Positions 1 to 8,500 of a stretch of 64,000 bases of DNA are shown in pieces; position 1 is the first letter of the stretch; the number at the start of each line of letters is the position of its first letter. This stretch comes from Nanobdellota archaeon. GTDB taxonomy: Archaea; Nanobdellota; Nanobdellia; Pacearchaeales; GW2011-AR1. The stretch covers positions 1 to 64,000 of the forward strand of contig JBBSXB010000003.1 of the NCBI GenBank assembly GCA_038046005.1, read 5' to 3'. A model generated the notes under the pieces. It worked only from the letters and a program-made list of their open reading frames with translations, had not been told where the DNA came from and did no database searches. A program made the position numbers and the translations under genes.

Positions 1-74
1 GCTGCAACACTTCCGATTAAAAGTGCAACAAAAATCGCTCCTACAACGAAAACTCCGAGTTTTGTGTTTTTCAT
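1..74 (-). CDS. N-terminus of a secreted/exported protein (runs off the window edge)
   Basis: Manual translation MKNTKLGVFVVGAIFVALLIGSVAA looks like a signal peptide; AGGAG Shine-Dalgarno-like sequence just upstream. Confidence 0.6.
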   Translation of the reverse strand, partial: MKNTKLGVFVVGAIFVALLIGSVA

Positions 75-177
75 TTTTTCCTCCTATCAGGGTTAATGTT
101 TTTTTCTTTATAAGTGGGATGGAACAGAAGTCCATTACCTTAAAAAAGTTTAAATATTTCCTGTCTTTGAAGAAAAC

Positions 178-882
178 ATGGCTCCACCATTCAAGAAAAT
201 AGAAATTGGAAGACAGATAATTCAACAAGCAGCCCAAGTCAGTTTGGCGACAGAATTCCTTTACTCTTTTACAATCATTGTCATAAGCCTTATGATATAT
301 TTTGGGACAAGAGAATTCTATAACTTAACTTCCCACAGAGGGATAAAATATTTTAGATCAGCCTTTTTGTTTTTTGCAATCGCTTTCTTTTTCAGGTCAT
401 TCATAAAATTCCTCGTGATATTATTCGATGTTCAGAGAATATTGGATTTGAGTCTTCAGACCATCGGAAGCATTTCCTTATTCTTGTTTATGTATGCGAG
501 CGCAATGGCAATCTTCTATCTTTTGTTCAGTGTTATGTGGAAAAAATGGAGTTCAGAAAAAATCCTCTTATTCCATTTACTTGCAGCAATAATAGCATTG
601 ATAACTATCATAATAAAAAATGTGAATGTCATTTTGATAATGCATTTTGTCTTGTTCATTTTCATTGCAGTGGTCACGTGGATATCTTACCAAGAATCTA
701 AAAAAATAAGAAAAGGCAGCCACTTGCACGGGATTTACATCCTACTTTTTGCTTTTTGGATTTTAAATATCATTGACTTATTAACAACAAATGCACTAAG
801 CACTTTCCATCTCTTAATCTACATCGCTTCATTCAGTGTCTTTGCTACAATACTCTACAAGGTTCTGAGGAAGGTGGGATAA
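178..882 (+). CDS. Multi-pass membrane protein (about 7 TM)
   Basis: 234 aa with repeated hydrophobic segments; stop overlaps the start of the next gene. Confidence 0.75.
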   Translation: MAPPFKKIEIGRQIIQQAAQVSLATEFLYSFTIIVISLMIYFGTREFYNLTSHRGIKYFRSAFLFFAIAFFFRSFIKFLVILFDVQRILDLSLQTIGSISLFLFMYASAMAIFYLLFSVMWKKWSSEKILLFHLLAAIIALITIIIKNVNVILIMHFVLFIFIAVVTWISYQESKKIRKGSHLHGIYILLFAFWILNIIDLLTTNALSTFHLLIYIASFSVFATILYKVLRKVG

Positions 883-1151
883 TGGCCAAGCGTGGAAAAC
901 TAGAATTAATAAAAGATATATTAAAAATAATTCAGGAACATCACAATGCAATAAAAATAACGCCTTTGATAAGAAAGTCAAATCTTTCTACAGCAAGATT
1001 TTCAGAATATTTTAAAGAGCTTTCAAGCAAAGGGTTCATAGTGGAAAGAACAAATGACAGTGGAAAATCAATATCCCTCACAGAAAAAGGCTCAAGATAT
1101 ATAGAAAAATATTCTAATATAATTGGTTTTATTGAAGAGTTTGATCTGTAA
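882..1151 (+). CDS. Winged helix-turn-helix regulator (archaeal HTH_45-like)
   Basis: KRGKLELIKDIL...T.LIRKSNLS...Y..EL...G..LTEKG pattern. Confidence 0.8.
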   Translation: MAKRGKLELIKDILKIIQEHHNAIKITPLIRKSNLSTARFSEYFKELSSKGFIVERTNDSGKSISLTEKGSRYIEKYSNIIGFIEEFDL

Positions 1152-1170
1152 AACTATTCAATAATTTTAT

Positions 1171-2916
1171 TTATGCACCATTTCCTATTTGCTGTCTCCA
1201 AAGTGCAGCATAAAGCCCCTTATTCTTCACGAGTTCATTGTGGTTTCCTTTCTCAATTATCCTTCCTTTTTCTAAAACAAAAATCTTATTAGAGTGAATA
1301 ATTGTTGAAAGCCTGTGTGCAACAAGAATTGTTATCATATTAGGTCTTTGCTTTGAAATTTCTTTTATTGTTTTTGTAATCTCTTTCTCAGTTAAAGAAT
1401 CAAGGCTGCTCGTGGCTTCATCAAAAATCAAAAGTTCTGGATTTCTTAAAAGTGCTCTTGCAATTGCAAGTCTCTGTCTCTCTCCGCCGGAAATTTTAAT
1501 TCCTCCCTCTCCTATTTTGGTGTCTATTCCTTTCTCTCCTCTTTCAACAATTGTCATTGCTGAAGCAAGCTTCAGAGCATCACGACAATCTTTATCAGAT
1601 GCTTCTGGATTTGCAAACAAAAGATTTTCTTTAATCGTTCCTGCAAAAAGTTGAGTTTCTTGTGAGACTAATCCAATTTTTTTTCTAAATTCTTCATAGT
1701 CAATTTTTTTCGAATCATTGCCATTAAACAAAAGATTTCCTTTCGTTGGAGAATAAAGTCCTAAAATAAGTTTAATGAGTGTAGTTTTTCCACTCCCAGA
1801 CATTCCAACAAAAGCGGCAACGTCTCCCTCATTTATTTCCACATCAATTCTTTCAATAGAAGGTTGTTTAGATGAATTATAAGAAAACTCAACATTTTTG
1901 AATTTAAGAGTTCTTAATTTTTCTATTTTTACTGGATTTTTTGGTTTTTCTTCTGGTTTAATATTAAGAATTTCGTTAAGCTTTTCATTGCTGGCCTTCG
2001 CCTCTTGATACTGTGAGACAACATTGCCTAATTCACCCAGAGGAAAAAATAGGAAAAATGAATAGAAGTACAAACTCAAAAACTCTCCAACGGTTATGTG
2101 CCTTTTAAAAAGGAGATAAAGCATAAGGAATAACAATAGAGCCCTTACTGCATTCACTAAAGTCCCTTGGACAAAACTTAGCATTCTGATAAGCTTGACT
2201 TTTTTAAGCTCCAGCTCAAGTATCTTTTCATTAGTCACGTTTAGTCTTTTGACCTCTTGAGTTTGAAGTCCCAAACTTTTTACCAATTCAACATTTCTTA
2301 TTGTTTCAGTAGTAGACCCTGAAAGCTCAGTTGATTCATTTACAATTTTTCTTTGTGCATCTTTAATCTTCTTGCTCATGATGTAGATTATAGTTCCCAT
2401 AAAAGGAATAGTGATTATAAAGGAAATCGCAATGCTCCAATGTACTACAAATGCATAAATCAAAACAAACAAGAAACCTATCAAGGAGACGAATATTATG
2501 TTTATAGAGCTGGAGATGATTGTTTGGGTATCAATTCTTGCTTTTTTCATTCTTTCAAGAACTTCTCCAGACCTTTGGTCTTCAAAAACACTGTATGGGA
2601 TGGAGAATGTATGCTCAACGCTTTTAGAGTACATCTCTGTCCCTATTTTTTGGGTTATTACACTTACATAATAATCTTGAATATTTTTAGCTATTCTAGA
2701 AATGAGGGAGACACCAATAAAACCGAGCAATAATATTAAGACTCCTTTTATGAAAACTTCAGAAGATAATTCATTGATTTTTAGAGCATAGTTATCAATT
2801 ATGAGCCTTATAATCTGCGGATCTAACAAAGAGAAAATTTGATTAACTGCTGCGAGAAACAAAGCTAAGAAAAGAATGTTTTTGTGTTTCTTTATATAAT
2901 ATTTTATGTTCAACAT
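1171..2916 (-). CDS. ABC exporter, fused permease and ATPase
   Basis: N-terminal TMD; Walker A GMSGSGKT; signature ISGGERQR; Walker B LIFDEAT; H-loop AHRLST. Confidence 0.95.
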   Translation of the reverse strand: MLNIKYYIKKHKNILFLALFLAAVNQIFSLLDPQIIRLIIDNYALKINELSSEVFIKGVLILLLGFIGVSLISRIAKNIQDYYVSVITQKIGTEMYSKSVEHTFSIPYSVFEDQRSGEVLERMKKARIDTQTIISSSINIIFVSLIGFLFVLIYAFVVHWSIAISFIITIPFMGTIIYIMSKKIKDAQRKIVNESTELSGSTTETIRNVELVKSLGLQTQEVKRLNVTNEKILELELKKVKLIRMLSFVQGTLVNAVRALLLFLMLYLLFKRHITVGEFLSLYFYSFFLFFPLGELGNVVSQYQEAKASNEKLNEILNIKPEEKPKNPVKIEKLRTLKFKNVEFSYNSSKQPSIERIDVEINEGDVAAFVGMSGSGKTTLIKLILGLYSPTKGNLLFNGNDSKKIDYEEFRKKIGLVSQETQLFAGTIKENLLFANPEASDKDCRDALKLASAMTIVERGEKGIDTKIGEGGIKISGGERQRLAIARALLRNPELLIFDEATSSLDSLTEKEITKTIKEISKQRPNMITILVAHRLSTIIHSNKIFVLEKGRIIEKGNHNELVKNKGLYAALWRQQIGNGA

Positions 2917-2919
2917 TTT

Positions 2920-3618
2920 TTAAAGATTTTTCAAAAACTCCTCTTCAACAAAATGCAGTTTTCCTGGAACAATTATGCAAAAAGGTTTTTCAACTTTTTT
3001 TGTTTTTAGCTCAGCAATGTTATTGTAATAAATTTTGGAATTTTTGTTCCCAAGTCTGGAACAAACAACCACTTTTTCAAGATTAATCTCATATTTCTTT
3101 GCTGAATTTTCCAGTTTCTCCAATGCTTTGTCCAACTCCAATCCAATGTCGACCAGCAACAAAGTGTGTGCGTTTATGCTCGAATTTTCTTTTATGATTT
3201 CCCCAAAACTGTCAGCCTCAAATTCAGGGATGCTTGTGGTCTTTCCAAACTTGTACAATTGCAAACCGGTTTCGGAAATCCCGTCAAAAACCGAAGCTCC
3301 TTGTATAACTTTGACTTTTGTTTTGGCTTTTTTAGCTTCTTGAATAAGTGTTATATGTGTTGTTGCAGAAAGCGGAGCTCCATAAACAAGCAGGCAAATG
3401 TCTTCTTTTTTTGCCTCTTTAATCAAACCTAAATTTTCAACTTTATCTCTTTTTAGAATATCAATCTGCTCATTAAATTCTTTCTCCAAAACTTTTATTT
3501 TATATGGGAAATCAACGGTATAACCTTCCAAGTAAATTTTCTTGCATTCTTTTATGGCTTCATAAGCTTCCTTTGAATACCCTTTCTCGCTTAACCCCAA
3601 ACCTATTATATATAGCAT
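2920..3618 (-). CDS. dph5: Diphthine synthase
   Basis: MLYIIGLGL, YLEGYT, G.PL.ATTH, GLQLYKFGKTTSIP, HTLLLVDI, PGKLHFVEEE motifs; start placed at the second Met. Confidence 0.92.
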   Translation of the reverse strand: MLYIIGLGLSEKGYSKEAYEAIKECKKIYLEGYTVDFPYKIKVLEKEFNEQIDILKRDKVENLGLIKEAKKEDICLLVYGAPLSATTHITLIQEAKKAKTKVKVIQGASVFDGISETGLQLYKFGKTTSIPEFEADSFGEIIKENSSINAHTLLLVDIGLELDKALEKLENSAKKYEINLEKVVVCSRLGNKNSKIYYNNIAELKTKKVEKPFCIIVPGKLHFVEEEFLKNL

Positions 3619-3648
3619 ATTAATCATATAAAAAATTACTTTATTAAT

Positions 3649-3915
3649 TTAACCGGCTTTAGTTCTTAATGAACTCATGTATACTAGCGTAGTCATAGAC
3701 ATCCAGTAATAGTTTAGATTCATGAAACGAGTGCTGACTTCTGGAATTTCTTCACGGCAAATTCTATATGTATTATACTTATTTTGGGCCTTTATCATGA
3801 GTTCTCTTGCCTTATCGAGGTCCCTATTATTTTTTATCATGTCTTCGACTTCATCTAAACCTTTAACAATTTCTTTTCTTGTTTTTCTATCCCAAACCAA
3901 GTTATCTAGCCACAT
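3649..3915 (-). CDS. Hypothetical protein
   Basis: 88 aa ORF filling the gap, TATA-like element upstream. Confidence 0.55.
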   Translation of the reverse strand: MWLDNLVWDRKTRKEIVKGLDEVEDMIKNNRDLDKARELMIKAQNKYNTYRICREEIPEVSTRFMNLNYYWMSMTTLVYMSSLRTKAG

Positions 3916-3969
3916 TTTACATCTTAAAAATTAGTTGAAAAACTAAGAACTCTTTTTAAACCTTTGTTG

Positions 3970-4245
3970 TTACTTTTTGGTTTTTCTTCTGTCAACTTTT
4001 TTGTTTTTTTTGCTAATAAGACTCCTGCTTGCCACAACAGCTATAAACAAGAAGCTGAATAAAAGAAAGTCATTCCTAAGAATTAGGCTTATAACTGCAC
4101 CTATACTGCTAAAAAAAATTATCAATTTAAACCACAACTGGCCATCTCTAAGCTCTTCTTTAGTCATCTTTGCAAGAAAATTCCCAATTGGTACACCCAA
4201 AACCAATAAAACTATTCCGACAGCAAAATTAACTACTTCACTCAT
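3970..4245 (-). CDS. Small membrane protein
   Basis: Three hydrophobic segments and a basic tail. Confidence 0.7.
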   Translation of the reverse strand: MSEVVNFAVGIVLLVLGVPIGNFLAKMTKEELRDGQLWFKLIIFFSSIGAVISLILRNDFLLFSFLFIAVVASRSLISKKNKKVDRRKTKK

Positions 4246-4320
4246 GAAATAAAATAGTTTTCTCTATTTTTATAACTTATTATTCACAATCCTTATAAAA
4301 CGACATTATTTTAGAATTAA

Positions 4321-4746
4321 ATGAAACTTGAAGATTTGAACAGATATTCTCCTGCTCTTTTGAGACTTGCAATCTCTGCAGTTTTTTTATGGTTTGGTTT
4401 TTCTCAGATAAAAAATCCTGACGCCTGGACAGGAATGATCCCAAACTATGTCCAGTCTTTGATTCATCTTTCTTCAAAAACTTTGGTTTACCTTAATGGG
4501 GCATTTGAGATAACATTCGCCATCTTGCTTCTTTTAGGGCTTTTCACCAGATTTGTTTCGTTGGTACTCAGTCTGCATTTGCTGCATATTGTTACAATAA
4601 TTGGATATGACCCTGTTGGAGTAAGAGATTTCGCTTTGGCATTGGCGACTCTTGCAATATTCTTACATGGTCCAGATGAATTTTGTTTAGGTGGGGTAAG
4701 GCTCAAGGAAAAAGAAGAAAAACGGGAAAGCACCCCAAATTATTGA
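4321..4746 (+). CDS. DoxX-family membrane protein
   Basis: LLRLAISAVFLWFG...GAFE...LLLGLFTR...VRD pattern. Confidence 0.85.
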   Translation: MKLEDLNRYSPALLRLAISAVFLWFGFSQIKNPDAWTGMIPNYVQSLIHLSSKTLVYLNGAFEITFAILLLLGLFTRFVSLVLSLHLLHIVTIIGYDPVGVRDFALALATLAIFLHGPDEFCLGGVRLKEKEEKRESTPNY

Positions 4747-4805
4747 TAATTTCACTTATTCTCTACCATCAAAAATTTTAAAACCTCTTGAGCATAGGTG
4801 TTTTT

Positions 4806-5633
4806 ATGTATCAAAAATATCTCATAGTGGCATGCAAGAAAAATCTGGCGGCGATGAACATAGTCAACAATCTGCAGCAGTTTAGGACAAATATAATTGC
4901 AGCCATACACTCAACTGCTTCTTTTTTTGACATCTATTTAACTGAAGAAGAAGCTCTTTATAACGAGAATCTTGACATGTCTAAAATAGAAAAATATGAC
5001 TTTATTATTTTTCCATGCACCCACAGGTCCGAAAGCGGAGAAAAAACTCTCTCAATTCACCCTCCTGGAAACTTAGGGGAAGCTAAAATGGGCGGTGATC
5101 CTGGAAAAGTTAGCAGAGTCTCGGCGCTGTTTCAAAAACAAATGTTTGAAAAGCTTCATGCAAATGTTGCCCAATTTGATATGAAAGAGTTTAAAGTTAC
5201 AATGGAAGTGACCCATCATGGCCCCTCAATAGACAAACCATGTGTTTTTATTGAAATAGGTTCAAGCGAAGAAGAATGGAAAAACAGAAGAGCTGGTTTT
5301 ATTATTGCAAAAACAATCTCAGAAACAATAAACACTTTCCAGGAAAACCCTTATAATGAAATAGCGATTGGAATTGGCGGCCCACACTACTGTCCAAATT
5401 TTAACAAAATTCAGTTAAAAAGCAATGTTGCAATTTCCCATGTGATTCCCAGTTATGTTTCCCCAATAACTGAAGAAATGGTCATGGAGGCAATAAGACA
5501 GACAGAGGAAGATGTTGACTTCGTGGTTTTAGACTGGAAAGGATTCAAAGGCGAGGAAAGACAGGAACTCATAAAAATTCTTGAAAAAAATTACATACAA
5601 TGGAAAAAGACGGGAGATATAAGTAAGGGGTAG
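4806..5633 (+). CDS. dtdA: Archaeal D-aminoacyl-tRNA deacylase
   Basis: H.S, LSIHPPGN, EVTHHGPS, FIEIGS, GIGGPHY, LDWKG motifs. Confidence 0.92.
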   Translation: MYQKYLIVACKKNLAAMNIVNNLQQFRTNIIAAIHSTASFFDIYLTEEEALYNENLDMSKIEKYDFIIFPCTHRSESGEKTLSIHPPGNLGEAKMGGDPGKVSRVSALFQKQMFEKLHANVAQFDMKEFKVTMEVTHHGPSIDKPCVFIEIGSSEEEWKNRRAGFIIAKTISETINTFQENPYNEIAIGIGGPHYCPNFNKIQLKSNVAISHVIPSYVSPITEEMVMEAIRQTEEDVDFVVLDWKGFKGEERQELIKILEKNYIQWKKTGDISKG

Positions 5634-5675
5634 TGCAGTCACTAGCTTTAAATATTTCATTTTCTTTATAGTGTA

Positions 5676-6086
5676 ATGGATGAATTACCAATTATTCCAA
5701 GTGAATATGTTTTAAGATCTATTACTTACTCGCAGTATTTTCCAGATAAACATCAAGTAACAAAGAAAAAAACCACTAGGGATAAAAAAGTTTTAACTAG
5801 CTTAGAGTCAGCTTTAAGAGAACCTATGGAACATCTTCATCTTTTTGCAGTAGACCCAAAAGAGGAAAGATATACTTTGTTGTTAAACTCTGGTAGAAAC
5901 CAAATAGGAATGCAAGTTTTTAGGACTTCTCTTATTGTTGTTAATAATGAAGGTTACGAGCCAAAAACAAATAATTTGTATAATATTCTTGACTCTCTTC
6001 CAAAATCTGAAATTCAGAGAATTTCATATCCCAAATTAAAATTTTCAAGAGCACAAAAAGTGCCACAATATAATTTAAAATATTAA
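5676..6086 (+). CDS. Hypothetical protein
   Basis: 136 aa ORF with upstream TTTAAATA box. Confidence 0.6.
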   Translation: MDELPIIPSEYVLRSITYSQYFPDKHQVTKKKTTRDKKVLTSLESALREPMEHLHLFAVDPKEERYTLLLNSGRNQIGMQVFRTSLIVVNNEGYEPKTNNLYNILDSLPKSEIQRISYPKLKFSRAQKVPQYNLKY

Positions 6087-6105
6087 AAATTTATAAAAAC
6101 AAATA

Positions 6106-6696
6106 ATGGATGAGAAAACAAAAAAGAGGCTGGCATCTTTAGATCCAAAAATAAAGAGAAATTTAGATGAACTGTTTAGCAAAATAGACGAATCTATATC
6201 TGCGATTTACGATCTTGCTATTCACGATGAAAAAACCGGGCTTTACAATCATAAATTTTTTGATACAGAACTTGAAATGGAGATTGAAAAAACCGAAAGG
6301 GGCCAGCAAAAATTATCTTTAATGATAACTGACATAGATTTTTTTAAGAAAATAAATGACAAATATGGGCATATAAAAGCTGACGAACTTCTGGCCCAAT
6401 TAGCTAAAGTTTTGCAAAAGCAATTAAGAAAATCAGATGTCATAGCGAGATTTGGGGGAGAGGAATTTTTTATTCTTCTTCCGGAAACAAACTTAGAAAA
6501 AGCAAAAAGACTTTCTTCAAGACTTAAGAGTGCAATTCATTCTGATAGCTTTCTCAAAAAACATAATCTCAATGTTAGTGGGGGAATAACTCAATTTAAA
6601 AAAAACGATTCTAAAAAATCATTTAAGTCTCGTGCAGATAAAGCACTTTATGAAGCAAAAAGAAACGGAAGAGATATGTTTGTTTCTATAAAATAA
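6106..6696 (+). CDS. GGDEF-domain diguanylate cyclase
   Basis: D..TGLYN, DIDFFKKINDKYGH, RKSD (RxxD), RFGGEEF, SGG, ADKALYEAKRNGR. Confidence 0.95.
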   Translation: MDEKTKKRLASLDPKIKRNLDELFSKIDESISAIYDLAIHDEKTGLYNHKFFDTELEMEIEKTERGQQKLSLMITDIDFFKKINDKYGHIKADELLAQLAKVLQKQLRKSDVIARFGGEEFFILLPETNLEKAKRLSSRLKSAIHSDSFLKKHNLNVSGGITQFKKNDSKKSFKSRADKALYEAKRNGRDMFVSIK

Positions 6697-6698
6697 TA

Positions 6699-7115
6699 TT
6701 AAATCCAAATTGCAAGAATAGCTGCAACTATTATAAATCTGACCAAGTCATGTGCAGTGTTTATGTAGAAAAAAGTTACTTTCTTATTCTCCCAAAGAAT
6801 TCCGTTAACAGATGTAGTCAAGTAAAAACCAAGCCAAACCAAAACTCCGACAAAAGCCCCGCTTAATATTGTGCTTGCGCCTGAAGCTTTTATGAAAATA
6901 GCAGTAATGTATGAGGTCACTAGAGTTAAAACAAATGCAGTCAACATTTTGCTGCCCATTCCTTTTTTTGAGTCTTCCATCTCTCTTCTTGTGATTCCAA
7001 CAGCCCTTGTCCATTGCTTACCAAAAAAAGGCCCATACCATAACCATCCAAGAATAAAGCTTATAACAGTCACAACAAGGACGGCAAGAATATTGGCATT
7101 AAATGTTAATGACAT
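6699..7115 (-). CDS. DUF1761-like membrane protein
   Basis: GWLWYGPFFGKQW motif, four TM segments, WE.K...YIN. Confidence 0.85.
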   Translation of the reverse strand: MSLTFNANILAVLVVTVISFILGWLWYGPFFGKQWTRAVGITRREMEDSKKGMGSKMLTAFVLTLVTSYITAIFIKASGASTILSGAFVGVLVWLGFYLTTSVNGILWENKKVTFFYINTAHDLVRFIIVAAILAIWI

Positions 7116-7198
7116 ATTACGTTTAAGAATTTAGAGTTTAAAAATTCATTGTTTTTCCCTATGGAAAAGTTTAAAACATGTGCTGTTAGGTCATATTT

Positions 7199-7780
7199 AT
7201 GGATGAAACATTTCAAAGAAATATTGTATTTTATGAGCACAAAAAATTAGTTGTTGCAGGAACAACTGGAAGTATGGAAAAAAGACTCTCAAGCGTAAGT
7301 GAGCAATTAACTAAAGAATGTTGGCCTGTCGAAGTTGCTGATAGCAGACTTGAGCCTGGATCCAGTCTTAGAATTTTTCAGGCACTTTTCAAATTTAATG
7401 CTGAAACAAAGAAGCCAGAATTTGACATAACTATCGTTCAGTACGATCCTTTCGGCGAATCCAACTTCCCAAACAATTCAATTGTAGGATATGGTTTAGA
7501 CAAGCCAGGATTGGTTGAAACTGTTGAAAAAGTCGCAGAAGCCATTGGATTTGTTTCCTACCCTGTGGAAAGATCAGTTAAAAAGACATGGAGTAAAGAA
7601 TTTGAAATTGAAAAAGAAGGTTATGTTTATTATGAAAAAATTGCAAGAGCACTTAACCAACCTCTTGAAACTGCTTTTGGATTAGTAAGATATACTCATT
7701 TTCTTACTGCATACCAAAGTATGCCAGAAATAAAAGCCCAAATACAAGCGGCAGAAAGATTGAACATTCGTGCAAGATGA
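7199..7780 (+). CDS. Hypothetical protein
   Basis: 193 aa ORF with upstream TATA. Confidence 0.65.
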   Translation: MDETFQRNIVFYEHKKLVVAGTTGSMEKRLSSVSEQLTKECWPVEVADSRLEPGSSLRIFQALFKFNAETKKPEFDITIVQYDPFGESNFPNNSIVGYGLDKPGLVETVEKVAEAIGFVSYPVERSVKKTWSKEFEIEKEGYVYYEKIARALNQPLETAFGLVRYTHFLTAYQSMPEIKAQIQAAERLNIRAR

Positions 7781-7812
7781 AGCTCTATTAAAAATTCTTT
7801 GAAAATAAAAAA

Positions 7813-7990
7813 CGCCGACGCCAGGAATTGAACCTGGGAGCCCCGAAGGGCGCGGATGTTTGCGTTTTACATCTTTAGGAGATGTTCGGAAATCTAATTC
7901 CGAAGGAATCTCTTTTAGGAGATGTCATAAGAAGGACCTAGGTCCTTTTTATTTAGCAATCCGCTGCAATAACCGCTATGCGACGTCGGC
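7813..7990 (-). tRNA. tRNA-Ser(GCT) with a 96-nt intron at 37/38 (intron 7858-7953)
   Basis: Acceptor GCCGACG/CGTCGGC+G; anticodon stem GCGGA/TCCGC; long variable arm GCCCTTCGGGGC; TTCAAT T-loop; TTGC/GCAA 4-bp helix with TAA and ACA bulges. Confidence 0.9.
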
Positions 7991-8030
7991 TTGAAATTAA
8001 ACACAAATTATAGCTTATAAGGTTTTTTGT

Positions 8031-8414
8031 TTAGAACTTATACAAAACACTCTCAAAATCAACTATCTTATTATTCTCAATTTTGATTCCTTCTTTCTTT
8101 AACATTTCAATTTTGTTTTTTGTTCCGGATGCAAAACCTCCAAGATTCCCGTTAGAATTAACAACCCTATGACAAGGCACTAAAAAGAACCCATTGGTTC
8201 TTTTTGAATCTCCTCTAATTACTGAAGGGCGATTTCTAATTGCCTCCGACGAAATCGCATAGCCATAAGGATTTTTGTTCATGGCTGTTCCAACAGCTCT
8301 GTAAGCCTTTGTTTTCAATGCTTTAGCAATTTCTTTGTATGTTGTGACTTTTCCTTTCGGAACTTTTCGCAAGACGGAATAGCATTTTTCGTGGAAGGAT
8401 GTTGGGGGATTCAT
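8031..8414 (-). CDS. ogt: Methylated-DNA-protein-cysteine methyltransferase (MGMT C-terminal domain only) with an in-frame insertion
   Basis: VPKGKVTTY.EIA, RAVG.AM..NP, PCHRVV, LGGF, L..EG; about 24 extra residues between NPY and VPCHR. Confidence 0.88.
   Translation of the reverse strand: MNPPTSFHEKCYSVLRKVPKGKVTTYKEIAKALKTKAYRAVGTAMNKNPYGYAISSEAIRNRPSVIRGDSKRTNGFFLVPCHRVVNSNGNLGGFASGTKNKIEMLKKEGIKIENNKIVDFESVLYKF
8181..8264. repeat. Multi-hairpin palindromic insert inside ogt
   Basis: 10-bp stem AAAAAGAACC/GGTTCTTTTT (8182-8205); 8-bp stem GCGATTTC/GAAATCGC (8229-8258). Confidence 0.7.
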
Positions 8415-8500
8415 AGTTTATTCTAATTCTCAAATTTATATATTTAATGATTTTGAGTTAACTATTAAAATTAATTAAGAACAGTCTATATCAATAAACA

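Noticed and set aside
8160-8275. The ogt insert as a BHB-spliced mRNA intron
   Set aside because: A flanking 9-bp helix (CCUUAUGGC/GUCAUAGGG) exists, but no proper 4-bp central helix with 3-nt bulges. Cutting there would damage the VPCHR motif, and the insert is already in frame.
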